Program-made: the position numbers and the translations under genes
In this document: positions 26,503-35,467 of the stretch, piece by piece
How the letters are laid out: the number at the start of each line of letters is the position of its first letter
Position numbering within the stretch: position 1 is the stretch's first letter
IMG/VR virus record: IMGVR_UViG_3300045988_142367
Source: a virus
DNA: 43,711 nucleotides
Direction: 5' to 3' (one strand)
The notes under the pieces: generated by a model
What the model was told of the DNA's origin: nothing
The model's input: only the letters and a program-made list of their open reading frames with translations
The model's database searches: none

Positions 26503-28299
26503 TCAGTCCTTGTTTTTCCCGACCGCACGAGGATCCGTCGCCGAGGACGGCAGCATCGTCTTGCCGCTGGCCACGCCTCTGAGTTGCTTGGTCATCACAA
26601 GATACTTGAATGAGTCTGATGGGTTGGTGGACTCCGTAGGCAGCTGCTCCACCGGTAACTTCTCGCTTTTCTTATCCTTGAACACAACCCCGTTCCTGAC
26701 CACAGTCCTTGCCTTTTCCAATGACAGCTTCAGATGCTTGGCCGCATACGCGTCGATGCGAATCACCGGCAACCGTGGATTACGCTCACTCATTATCTCC
26801 TGCATAAATGAATATTCCTCCGGCTGCCCGATGTTGCCCTGGTTGATGGACATAAGCTGCACCGTCCACCCTGTACGGCGGCCGGATTCATCATATTCAA
26901 TAGCCTTCTTTAACTTGCCGACCTGATCCTCACCCACGGACTTGTAGGAGTTGCCTGCACGGTCATAGTACAGCATCAGGGTCTTGCGCCTCACAGGTGC
27001 GAAGAAGGCGCGGAACTTCTCTCCAAGGTCAGGGACATATTCAGGCGCAAGAGTGTAGAGGAACTTCACAACACGTAGGCACGAGCGTCCCTTCTCGGTG
27101 TCATTCTGGGCAATGGACATCGAGCACATATTCCCGAAATCCACTCCTGCGATGAGCGGTTTGTCCAGATCGAGATATTTCAGCACCCTGCAATCCTCCT
27201 GATCAAGCAGTCCGAATCCATCGTAGGCTTCCTCATCCGTGCCATCATAATAGAAGTGGCGTTCACTCAAGGAGGTGTAGAAGCGGTCGCCTGATTCCAG
27301 GGACGGGCGCATAGAGAGGATGGCCGTGTTCAGATCAGGAAGCTTACCCGAGATGGCATCCCCGAACCACTGCTCTGTGAGGATGTCCACATTGATGTAG
27401 GATGATGCCAGCATGAAGAAAGTCCTGGCTTCCTTACGCATCCTAAGTTCAGTCCATCGGGCTTTCCACTGTTCGGCCACACGGCATTTGCTGCGATAGA
27501 CGTTCAGGTCATCGGCACTGTGGGTTTTCAACCACTTGTCCTTGGCGGCGGCAGCCTCGTGCAGGCATTCGTTATAGACCAGGCCGGCTTTCAGCACAAG
27601 CACGATGGCCGGGATGTCCATATTGTGGGCATATTTCAGGATCCAGTCATATTCCCCGATGTGCGTGGTGTCCGGCATATCGGTGGTGAAACTGAATCCT
27701 CGGTAGAAGACACTGTGACCATATTCCTGCCTGTAGCCACGGACTGCCTTCAGCAGGTTGGAGATCTTGTCTTCCCGGAAATATTTCACCTCATCCCCGA
27801 AGCAGAACACGTAGGAGGCTCCGGCAAGGGTGGCCGGGCGGTCAAGGGAACCGAACCGGATGTTGGTGCCGGTGTAGAAGATGATCGTGCGTTTGTAGGA
27901 GACCAGTTTGTTGAAAGGTTTCCAGAAATGTGGTTTGAGCCAGTCCGGGAGACCAGCCTTTTCCGCATCTGTAAAGGTGGGCGGCTCCTTCTCGATGACA
28001 TAGTGGACTCCTTCACGCAGGCCTTTGCGCTCCAGTCCCTCCAGAACGGAAGGGAGGATGTTGGCGTTCAGGTTCGTGAACGTGTCGGCCACCCAGACCA
28101 CGGGCGCGCCAGGCATGTCATAGATGACATCCAGCAGTCTTTCGGCCTGGATGTCGGTTGTCTTGGCTCCGCCACGCCCCACGACATTGAGGTTCTGACA
28201 GGCGCCGGCCAGCGACACGATCTGGGCGAAAGGGTTCTGGTACTGGACGGAGGCGGCTTGTGTGGATTCAGGTTTAACTCTCTTCCTTTGCATCCTCAA
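26503..28299 (-). CDS. terL: Terminase large subunit
   Basis: Walker A-like VVGRGGAKTT, Walker B FCFGDEVKYF and the nuclease-domain acidic motif IAGVDFG. 598 aa. Confidence 0.85.
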   Translation of the reverse strand: MRMQRKRVKPESTQAASVQYQNPFAQIVSLAGACQNLNVVGRGGAKTTDIQAERLLDVIYDMPGAPVVWVADTFTNLNANILPSVLEGLERKGLREGVHYVIEKEPPTFTDAEKAGLPDWLKPHFWKPFNKLVSYKRTIIFYTGTNIRFGSLDRPATLAGASYVFCFGDEVKYFREDKISNLLKAVRGYRQEYGHSVFYRGFSFTTDMPDTTHIGEYDWILKYAHNMDIPAIVLVLKAGLVYNECLHEAAAAKDKWLKTHSADDLNVYRSKCRVAEQWKARWTELRMRKEARTFFMLASSYINVDILTEQWFGDAISGKLPDLNTAILSMRPSLESGDRFYTSLSERHFYYDGTDEEAYDGFGLLDQEDCRVLKYLDLDKPLIAGVDFGNMCSMSIAQNDTEKGRSCLRVVKFLYTLAPEYVPDLGEKFRAFFAPVRRKTLMLYYDRAGNSYKSVGEDQVGKLKKAIEYDESGRRTGWTVQLMSINQGNIGQPEEYSFMQEIMSERNPRLPVIRIDAYAAKHLKLSLEKARTVVRNGVVFKDKKSEKLPVEQLPTESTNPSDSFKYLVMTKQLRGVASGKTMLPSSATDPRAVGKNKD

Positions 28300-29197
28300 G
28301 GTATTTTACGATGTCGAGATCAACGATGCCTGCATCGGTCCTGAGCCGTCTCTTGACGGACTCCGGAGCGACCACGGTGTCAATCTGCCTTTCCAGCTCA
28401 TCACGGTTGGCTGCCGGAAGTCCGATGGATTCTGGCGTTGCGGAAAGCAGACGGAACATCGGCTGGTAGATTTCAGCCGGAAGCTTGGCCGGATCATCTT
28501 TGTCCAGCTGGAGGGCACGAGCCTTGTTGGCAAGGATGTCAGCGGCCACGGCATAGTCCTTCGATGTCTTGGCGGCGTCCCTCGCGGCGACATAGAGTGT
28601 GTCGAACTGATCCGCCATCTTGTTGCGCATCGCCTCTTTGGAGACCTTACGGTTGCAGAAGAAGAGCTCCACGGCTTCTGAATATATGTCCGCGGCACGC
28701 TGGTAGGGGATGCAGAAAGGGGCGCTGGTCAGGAACTTGATCGTCCTCCTTTTGCCATACTGGCCGTCCAATGAATATATCAGCGTCAGCAGGTCTATGT
28801 AGATCTGTTCCTTGTCGGAAAGGTTGCCCTTTGATCCGGAAGCAATATATTCCTGAATCTTCTCGAACGCGCCTTCTTTCTCGGCACCGCCGAACAGATC
28901 CAGCTTTGAGATGGTGAAACTTTTGTCCCGGACGATGTCGCGGAACTGCTCGACGGAGTCGGCGTCGCCACCCATAGCTCCACGCACAACGGCAAGTTCG
29001 ATCTTGGCCCTCTTCTCCAGCTGGCCGCGTTTGATGGCGTTGCTGATCCGCTGATCATCTATCGTGACGGGATCAGCCAAGATGACATCCAATTGCCTTT
29101 CTGTGATGTCAAGGAATCCGGCCAGTTCGGCATCAGTCCAGCCGATGGCCGCAAGGGATGAAAGATCATCGAGAAGTTCGGTAGTCAGTTCCTTCAT
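28274..29197 (-). CDS. Putative terminase small subunit / DNA-recognition protein
   Basis: It lies immediately 5' of terL and overlaps it. The N-terminal HTH-like segment is AAIGWTDAELAGFLDITERQLDVIL. Confidence 0.45.
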   Translation of the reverse strand: MKELTTELLDDLSSLAAIGWTDAELAGFLDITERQLDVILADPVTIDDQRISNAIKRGQLEKRAKIELAVVRGAMGGDADSVEQFRDIVRDKSFTISKLDLFGGAEKEGAFEKIQEYIASGSKGNLSDKEQIYIDLLTLIYSLDGQYGKRRTIKFLTSAPFCIPYQRAADIYSEAVELFFCNRKVSKEAMRNKMADQFDTLYVAARDAAKTSKDYAVAADILANKARALQLDKDDPAKLPAEIYQPMFRLLSATPESIGLPAANRDELERQIDTVVAPESVKRRLRTDAGIVDLDIVKYLEDAKEES

Positions 29198-29855
29198 ATT
29201 CTTTAATCATTCGGTTTATCTCATCGAGCGTCATCTTCAGGCGGGAAAGCCTTTCCTCTCTTGACACTTTCAGGTCAGGGCGGTCGCCTTTCTTGATTTC
29301 CCGCTCCGCGCGCCAGATGGAATCCTGGACATTGCGCCTTTTCCGGATTAGCTCGGTGATCGGCATTCGTCTCAGATTATCCAGTTTCTTTGTCAAGGCG
29401 AAAATCGGATGTTTGCCAAGAATCCGGTGATGCTCCTTGTAGTATTGAAATTCAGTGCGGGAAACTGAATTTTGATAAAAATTTCTTACCGTTTTTTCCG
29501 CGGCCTCGAAGCACTCTTCCGGAGTGGTGCATTTGAACAGATCCTCGTGGGCGTTGACATAGTTGTGCCACGATGTGATCATATCCGCGGCAAGGGCCTT
29601 CAGTTCGGTCGGGCAATCAGGTTCGGAGAGGAACGGCCAGTCTTCCCGGAACCGCCCGCCTTTCGTCAATGTCTGCGAGAACGGAACCTCTGTGGCGAAC
29701 GGAAGCAAAGCTTTCTTCAGGAGGTGTGAATATTCCTTCGGCGCTTTCCTGACAAGAGCGTCGAGCCACTTGTTGGGCGCGTATATGCTCAAGAGCCGAA
29801 GTCCTTCAGTGACCTCGGCTCCCGAACATATCCATCTGTCAATCTCGTTACTCAT
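29166..29855 (-). CDS. Hypothetical protein (229 aa)
   Basis: Packed ORF. No motif recognised. Confidence 0.45.
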   Translation of the reverse strand: MSNEIDRWICSGAEVTEGLRLLSIYAPNKWLDALVRKAPKEYSHLLKKALLPFATEVPFSQTLTKGGRFREDWPFLSEPDCPTELKALAADMITSWHNYVNAHEDLFKCTTPEECFEAAEKTVRNFYQNSVSRTEFQYYKEHHRILGKHPIFALTKKLDNLRRMPITELIRKRRNVQDSIWRAEREIKKGDRPDLKVSREERLSRLKMTLDEINRMIKEYEGTDYRTSR

Positions 29856-30459
29856 TCAGCAGGTACTGGTCAATCAGATGTGTGATGGCCGCATAGCCTT
29901 GAGGAGTGGCGAACACGAACTTCTTGCGGACGAACGCCTCGATGACAAGATGTTCGCAAGGATTCGCGCGATAGACCGGAGTCACGATGTTGCCGAACCG
30001 GAATCCGGCCTCGATTGGTCTATGGAGATTCTTCTTGAAGTAGTCCTTCAGGAACTCCTCCGCTGTCTGGTTTTCCGCTGGAAGCGCGTCCACGAGTTTC
30101 TCCTTGGAGAACGGTTTCGGCAGCCTTTCGCTGAAAACCTTGTTGCCTTGAACGTCAAGGAACACAAGCGGTGTGGCCAGTTCTCCGATGGAAATCTTGG
30201 CGCAAGGAACGCAGTTGGCCGGCACGAGGATGAAATCATCGGAGATATTGTTGTCGGCGATGATTCCGGCAAGAATGTCACGGATGTCAGCGTCCGGTTC
30301 AACCGTGATGACAACAGGCTTGACACCTGTCATCTTCTCCCAGGCTTTGGACAACTGGCCGTCCGTGCCCTCGTAGGCACAGACAACCAGATTCGTTCCG
30401 CCGCTTACAGGGTTGCCCGCAACCTTGCCTTCGACGGCTTTTGTGTCGATCTTAGACAT
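29848..30459 (-). CDS. Hypothetical protein (203 aa)
   Basis: Packed ORF downstream of the capsid module. No motif recognised. Confidence 0.45.
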   Translation of the reverse strand: MSKIDTKAVEGKVAGNPVSGGTNLVVCAYEGTDGQLSKAWEKMTGVKPVVITVEPDADIRDILAGIIADNNISDDFILVPANCVPCAKISIGELATPLVFLDVQGNKVFSERLPKPFSKEKLVDALPAENQTAEEFLKDYFKKNLHRPIEAGFRFGNIVTPVYRANPCEHLVIEAFVRKKFVFATPQGYAAITHLIDQYLLNE

Positions 30460-30462
30460 CCG

Positions 30463-31020
30463 CTAAGCTCCTCCGGTCGCGCTTGTGGCGTCCTCGGCGA
30501 TCTCCGGCATCTCTCCGGCATATTCACCGGCCAGGAACTTGTCAGGCAACGCCTGCTTCCAGGTAAGAGTCCTCTTGGTCGCCTCACCGTCCATCTTGGT
30601 CTCAAGAGACAACCTGAGCGGGTTGCAGACACGTCCCATAATCTGAGGACGGCCAGCAGTTGTTCCGTCGCACTCCTGCACGATGGCGATCACGCCACGG
30701 TTCTTGAAGATCTCGATGAAATTCTTGATGGCCACTGAGTTGCCCGGGTGGTCGAACACGATACCGGTCTTGATTCCCTCGGCGTCCGGATCTCCGGAAA
30801 GTTCCTCGGTGACCTGAATCGTGGAAGCCGTGGCATAGATGGAGATTGCCTTTGCGCCGGTCTTCAATGTGAGGTCTCCAGTTACAACGCAGTTACCAAC
30901 CTCTCTTGTCGGTTCGCTGGCGACATCCTCCACATCTACGAGGATGATCTGTGATTTTCTGGTGGCGGCGCAACCAGCGCCGTCACCAGGTCTTGGAATT
31001 GATGATTTAACGTAAGCCAT
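30463..31020 (-). CDS. Hypothetical virion protein (185 aa; capsid-decoration or tail-tube candidate)
   Basis: It directly follows the capsid gene. The call is based on position only. Confidence 0.4.
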   Translation of the reverse strand: MAYVKSSIPRPGDGAGCAATRKSQIILVDVEDVASEPTREVGNCVVTGDLTLKTGAKAISIYATASTIQVTEELSGDPDAEGIKTGIVFDHPGNSVAIKNFIEIFKNRGVIAIVQECDGTTAGRPQIMGRVCNPLRLSLETKMDGEATKRTLTWKQALPDKFLAGEYAGEMPEIAEDATSATGGA

Positions 31021-31040
31021 AATTCACGCTTGTTATTTGG

Positions 31041-32606
31041 TTATGCACCGCCTTGACCCTGATCCGGGTTGGTATCTGAACCCTGATCCGGGTTGGTATC
31101 TGAACCCTGATCCTTGGTGTTGTCAGCAGCCTTCTTTCCGTTCTCCCACTTGTCGGTGTCCGGAACATCGGAGACGATGCTCTCGACAGGAGTGTAGCCA
31201 TCAGGCACGGCGGCATACACGGCCTCGGCGATCTTGAAGCCCGTAGAGAGGGAGTACTCGCCGAACACCTTCACATCGTAGTTCTGCTCCTCGATCTTGA
31301 CGATGCAGTTCTCCGCCTTGGAGAGGTCAACCAGCTCCACGAAGTTCTCCTTTGGAGTCGCGAAGATGATAGGGGAGTTGTACATCGATTTCAGAGGTAC
31401 GAGGTGGAAGTTGGTGAAGCGGATGCTTCCGTCATTCTCCACGCCGGTGTACTTGCCGTTGACGGCGAAGTCCGCCCTCTTGTAGCGGGTGAGCAGCTGC
31501 TCGGAGCAGTGGATGGTCACGATGTGTGCGAACAGTCCGGAGATGCTGTCCACGAAGCCGTTGATGTAGGCGAGGAGCTCGGAGTCCGACATCGCCATCG
31601 GGTCGGCTGCTGCCTTGTAGTAGTTGATCTTGCAGTTCTCATCGGACTTGCCCTCCACAAGGATGGTCTCGAAACCGTCCATCGAGTTCTTGGCGGCCTT
31701 GCCCGCGTCACCGTCAGCGACAACGCCAGCATCGATGAACTTACCCTTTGCGATCATCGAGATGGTGATGTCATCCAGCACCTTAGGCAGGATGTGGTTC
31801 TCGATGATGTAGCGGGTGATAGGCATATCCGCCATGGTCTTGCCCTGCTCGTAGAGATAGAGCAGCCAGCTCTTGAGCACATCGGCCGGCTGGATCAGCA
31901 CGTTCAGCTTGTGACGGCGATAAGGAATCCTGATCGGAGTGAAATGGGGCGATCCCTTAGGAGTCCATTTCGGTGTGAACTGCTGGGAGACCTCTGACAT
32001 GATGGCCGCGCTTGCGATGTAGTCCGTGTTGGACTGGATGCGGGTCATATGCTTGGCGTCATCGAATCCGTTGTAGATCCTCTTGTTAAGGAGCTCTAAC
32101 TTCATCTTAGGAGGCATCGTCATCTTGAACTCGGCGTTGAGATCCGTGATGTCGATAGATGCGTCTTCCATCGCCGTGAAAGCGTAAGGATTGACGGAAT
32201 CAAGGGCTTCCTTCACGATCTTGTTGTGTGCCGCCGCCATATTGATGGCAAAGACCTTGGCCTCCTTGGACGCAGGAACTGCCGTGGCAGCCGGCTTAGG
32301 CTCCGGCTCGGAAGCCAATGAGACAACGTCATTCTGTAGTTTCTCGATCTGTGCTGTCAGCGCGGCTGTTGCTTCCGCCGTCTTGGCGGCTACAGCCGCG
32401 TCGAAAAGGGTCACGGCATCACCCTCCACATCGAGGTTGATGCTTTCCAGTTTGTCGAGAAAGTCCTGGCCGTAGTTCTCCAGAACCTTCTGCCGCTCCT
32501 GATCGGAAAGGGAAACCTTGCCGTCCTTGACGTCAAGCTCGCTCTTGCCGAAGAGACGGGCCACAAGTCGGCCCATCTTGGAATTGTTGAGAGTTTTCTT
32601 ATCCAT
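31041..32606 (-). CDS. Major capsid protein candidate with N-terminal scaffold-like coiled coil and a repeat tail
   Basis: 521 aa, directly after the S49 prohead protease. The first ~120 aa are Ala/Glu/Lys-rich and helical, like a delta domain. The C-terminus is DQGSDTNPDQGSDTNPDQGQGGA. Confidence 0.6.
   Translation of the reverse strand: MDKKTLNNSKMGRLVARLFGKSELDVKDGKVSLSDQERQKVLENYGQDFLDKLESINLDVEGDAVTLFDAAVAAKTAEATAALTAQIEKLQNDVVSLASEPEPKPAATAVPASKEAKVFAINMAAAHNKIVKEALDSVNPYAFTAMEDASIDITDLNAEFKMTMPPKMKLELLNKRIYNGFDDAKHMTRIQSNTDYIASAAIMSEVSQQFTPKWTPKGSPHFTPIRIPYRRHKLNVLIQPADVLKSWLLYLYEQGKTMADMPITRYIIENHILPKVLDDITISMIAKGKFIDAGVVADGDAGKAAKNSMDGFETILVEGKSDENCKINYYKAAADPMAMSDSELLAYINGFVDSISGLFAHIVTIHCSEQLLTRYKRADFAVNGKYTGVENDGSIRFTNFHLVPLKSMYNSPIIFATPKENFVELVDLSKAENCIVKIEEQNYDVKVFGEYSLSTGFKIAEAVYAAVPDGYTPVESIVSDVPDTDKWENGKKAADNTKDQGSDTNPDQGSDTNPDQGQGGA
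31057..31113 (-). repeat. 24-bp perfect tandem repeat x2.4 at the 3' end of the capsid gene
   Basis: CCCTGATCCGGGTTGGTATCTGAA occurs at 31057..31080 and 31081..31104, with a partial copy at 31105..31113. It encodes (DQGSDTNP)x2. Confidence 0.9.
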
Positions 32607-32621
32607 TATGAAAAAGATTGG

Positions 32622-33467
32622 TTAAATGCTTGCAAGTGCGAAGACCGCATCTATTGTCTCGTGGAGGGTCTTCCTGGCATCCGCCATGTTCAGGCGCAGC
32701 GCGTCGGCGGTGAGGAACATCTTTCCCGAGAGAACCCCGTCCTGATCCTTGTGGATGGTAGGCCTTCCGGCCACGACGGCATCCCTGAACTGATCCACCA
32801 GCGGCTTCAGCTCGGCCTTCGCCGCCTCGAACCTTCCGGAAAGAGCCTCCCTGTAGGCGAAGTTCTTGTCCGGAGACTCCTCGGCATAGATGACAATTGT
32901 CTTCTCTCCGGTGGTAGGATTGGCAGCCGTGCTGTCGATGAACACGGCCATGGCTCCGATGGAGCCGACCTCGGAAAGGTCGTTGTCCATGTAGATGGCG
33001 TCACATTGGGAGGCCACCCAGTAGGCGGCGGAGGCACAGCAGTCCACATGTGCGTAGACCGGCTTTCCGGCGGCCTTCGCGTGGCTGATCGCCTCGATCA
33101 TCGGAGGGATGGCAGACGAACTGCCGCCGGGAGAGTCTATGTCCAGGATTATGCCGATGACATTTTCGTCATCGGCCATCTCCCGGAGCCTTTTAGCTAT
33201 GAACGTTGTCCCGTAACTTTCGCAGGTGTCGTACTTGGTCATCGTGCCGTGAAGAGGGATGATGGCCACACGCTTGGCCTTTTCCGGCAGAGCACCGGAG
33301 TCGGAGACCGTGGTGACGCTTGCCGACTTCACCTCCATCTCAACCGGAGTCTTGCTGAGGAAAGCACGAGCGATAGGAAGCAGCTGCTCCGGATTGGAGA
33401 CCAGCCACTTTCCCTGAACGATGTCCCTTGCCAGTTGGAATGTGTCTGCTTTCATCTTGTTAATCAA
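32622..33467 (-). CDS. Prohead protease, S49 (SppA/ClpP-like) family
   Basis: VAIIPLHGTM...IGIILDIDSPGGSSSAIPPMIEAI...KPVYAHVDCCASAAYWVASQCD...GSIG matches the S49 pattern (I-S-PGG ... A-S-a-Y). Confidence 0.85.
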   Translation of the reverse strand: MINKMKADTFQLARDIVQGKWLVSNPEQLLPIARAFLSKTPVEMEVKSASVTTVSDSGALPEKAKRVAIIPLHGTMTKYDTCESYGTTFIAKRLREMADDENVIGIILDIDSPGGSSSAIPPMIEAISHAKAAGKPVYAHVDCCASAAYWVASQCDAIYMDNDLSEVGSIGAMAVFIDSTAANPTTGEKTIVIYAEESPDKNFAYREALSGRFEAAKAELKPLVDQFRDAVVAGRPTIHKDQDGVLSGKMFLTADALRLNMADARKTLHETIDAVFALASI

Positions 33468-33513
33468 TGTTTACGCAAAGATACCAGCGAGACACCCGTA
33501 AGGAAAGGACACG

Positions 33514-33834
33514 CTAAAAGACAGGGAATTGATACGAGCTGGACAGCTTCATGGTGTTGGTTTCGTTGACCTCGAAGGCAAGAGGCAAGTCCTCGGTGCC
33601 GTAAGTCTCATCGTCCCCGTGGCAGAATCCTACCTTTAATATAAGGTTGTCCCTCATAATCTCCGAGGACTCCGAAAGCGTGGCGTTGATCTTGACGGTG
33701 GCCAGCCTCCCGGCATCCTCCGTCTTCTCCGACCGCTCGATGGTGGCGGTCCCTGGAACGAGCGCAAGTTTATGCCAGACTCCATCCTGTCTGTCAAGGC
33801 TCTGGGCCTGCAATGAGTCAATGATTCTGATCAT
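33514..33834 (-). CDS. Hypothetical protein (106 aa)
   Basis: Packed ORF. No motif recognised. Confidence 0.45.
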   Translation of the reverse strand: MIRIIDSLQAQSLDRQDGVWHKLALVPGTATIERSEKTEDAGRLATVKINATLSESSEIMRDNLILKVGFCHGDDETYGTEDLPLAFEVNETNTMKLSSSYQFPVF

Positions 33835-34366
33835 CTTTCAATCCGTTTATGTTTATACTGCTGTTGATGTAATCCACCTTGTTGATAAGTTTCTTCACCA
33901 GTTTGTCCAGCGTCTGTTGCGATTGCCTGTAGATCCTCTTGTGCAGCGCGTCGAAATAGTCGGTGCTGAACAATCCCCTCGACACGATGAACGCAGTGAC
34001 TATGTCCTTCTTCTGGACTCCGAGCTCGTAGCCGGCAAGGTAGTACTGCTTGAGCTCGATGTAAAAGAAGGCGTTGATCGCCATATTCAACGCCACCGTG
34101 CTGTACTTGTCATAATAAAGGAACTTATCCCTCATAGGAGCCGTGGCGATGTCGCTTGGCAACTCCAGATCCACGACCTTGTCGCCTTCCAGAGCCACCG
34201 GACCCTCCGCCACCTTGCAATGAGCCACGAGAAGCCTGCCTATGCTGTTTCGGGCATAGACTTTCAGAGGCCCGCCCGGACTGTCAGGCGGGAACAGGTA
34301 AGCCAGATAATCCGCCATCATCGGCGAATCCACTTTCAATTTGACATCGAGCATTTCACAGTTCAT
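33818..34366 (-). CDS. Hypothetical protein, first gene of the late operon, adjacent to the iteron field
   Basis: ATG at 34364..34366 (MNCEMLDVKLKV...). The TTG one codon upstream is less likely as a start. No motif recognised. Confidence 0.5.
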   Translation of the reverse strand: MNCEMLDVKLKVDSPMMADYLAYLFPPDSPGGPLKVYARNSIGRLLVAHCKVAEGPVALEGDKVVDLELPSDIATAPMRDKFLYYDKYSTVALNMAINAFFYIELKQYYLAGYELGVQKKDIVTAFIVSRGLFSTDYFDALHKRIYRQSQQTLDKLVKKLINKVDYINSSININGLKDDQNH

Positions 34367-34399
34367 CAAATATTATAGCCACATTTTTCGCAAAAACAG

Positions 34400-34622
34400 C
34401 AACTACACCAACTACACTTGAAGCTATGTTTGATTTTCAATGAGTTAACCAAAAACGAGGTGTAGTTGACCCTCGAAAATGTGTAGTTAGTGTAGTTGGA
34501 GTCACCGCAAGTGTAGTTGAATGTAGTTGGAGTGTAGTTCTTCAACTACACCGCAACTACACCTTATTTCGTTAATATTCATTCATTTACTTCAAGTGTA
34601 GTTAGTGTAGTTAGTGTAGTTG
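34400..34622. repeat. Iteron field: 13 copies of GTGTAGTT(G/A/C), in both orientations
   Basis: Plus-strand GTGTAGTT-type copies start at 34460, 34481, 34490, 34511, 34521 (ATGTAGTTG), 34532, 34596, 34605 and 34614. Reverse copies (CAACTACAC) start at 34400, 34409, 34543 and 34554. The pair at 34532..34551 forms the palindrome GTGTAGTTCTTCAACTACAC. Confidence 0.9.
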
Positions 34623-34954
34623 GGGTTTTTCGTTTCCTCAGCAAAATAATTTTTCACTAATTTACGTAATTTATTGAAGAACTACAATAGATAACTCAAT
34701 ATAAACATTTGTTCTATTTAAAAGTATGTAAAAATAGTTATTTTACTTGTGCCAAATTTTGGCACAACCACTCCGATTTTCCTCATTTTCCCCATTTCCC
34801 CCGAAAATCATCCTCTTGGTGAAAATCGTAAGCAAATGCCGCTATTTCGCTTCCGCTTTTTGATTGGTTATTATAAAATCGCCGTTTCACACACTTGTTT
34901 CCAATAAAAATCGTAAGTAATTAATGAAATATCAGCGACTCTTCCTGTATGACA

Positions 34955-34986
34955 CAAAAAAAAGGCGGCGTCCATACGGATGCCGC
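34955..34986 (-). terminator. Strong intrinsic terminator closing the early/replication operon
   Basis: Minus strand reads GGCGGCATCC-GTAT-GGACGCCGCC (10-bp stem) followed by TTTTTTTT. It lies 50 nt after the hicB stop. Confidence 0.8.
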
Positions 34987-35036
34987 CGCGCCTGTCGGTG
35001 AATGAGATACTCGCCTTATCCTGAGTCAGGTTGCAA

Positions 35037-35441
35037 TCAGGCGAATTTGACAGACGATAGTTCTTGGCTGAAGTTCTTTATGCCCTCCTCGATTTTCTTC
35101 ACGGTCTTCGGGGAAGGATGCCTGTAGCCGCTGATGTAGTGGCTAAGAATGGTCTGGCTCACTCCGGTTACTTTCTCCAGTCCGGCAAGCGTTAGGATAA
35201 ACGCATATTGTTGGAGGAAAGAGGGAACGTCGTTGTAGAACTCAAAATCGACATCCGGACACTCTTTGCCCTCTTCCGCAAGCATCTGCTTTGCCTCCTC
35301 ATAAGAGTTGTAAAAGTCCTCTATGGCTTCTTTGGCTGTCTTGCCTTGACCGAGAAGTCCGAATGGAATCGCTTTGTTATACTCCATTGTTGCGTCGAAG
35401 GTTCCGTCCGAACCTCTCGCGATATAAACCTTTGCCTTCAT
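35037..35441 (-). CDS. hicB: HicB-family antitoxin with C-terminal HTH
   Basis: KVYIARGSDGTFDATMEYNKAIPFGLLGQGKTAKEAIEDFYNSYEEAKQMLAEEGKECP has the HicB/UPF0150 fold pattern. LTLAGLEKVTGVSQTILSHYISGYRHPSPKTVKKIEEGI is an XRE-type HTH. Confidence 0.7.
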   Translation of the reverse strand: MKAKVYIARGSDGTFDATMEYNKAIPFGLLGQGKTAKEAIEDFYNSYEEAKQMLAEEGKECPDVDFEFYNDVPSFLQQYAFILTLAGLEKVTGVSQTILSHYISGYRHPSPKTVKKIEEGIKNFSQELSSVKFA

Positions 35442-35467
35442 ATCTGATTTTATTAATTAAATATTTG

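Noticed and set aside
21151-33569. Long plus-strand ORFs antisense to late genes (e.g. 21151..22020, 22872..23879 at 335 aa, 27520..28344, 29563..30738 at 391 aa, 32661..33569); the same applies to 8545..9270, 8756..9196 and 38888..39664
   Set aside because: These are shadow ORFs of GC-rich genes on the opposite strand or in alternative frames. Their translations are Arg/Pro/Gly/His-rich with no motifs, and they fully overlap well-supported genes.
34400-34622. CRISPR array
   Set aside because: The repeat unit is only 9 bp, occurs in both orientations and often has no spacer at all. No cas genes are present. It fits iterons or operator sites instead.
16072-34765. Sigma-54 type promoters suggested by recurring TGGCAC motifs (16072, 17245, 34760)
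   Set aside because: The -12 element TTGC is not present at the right spacing. The motifs are on the plus strand, where no genes follow, and two of them are simply part of the terminator repeat.
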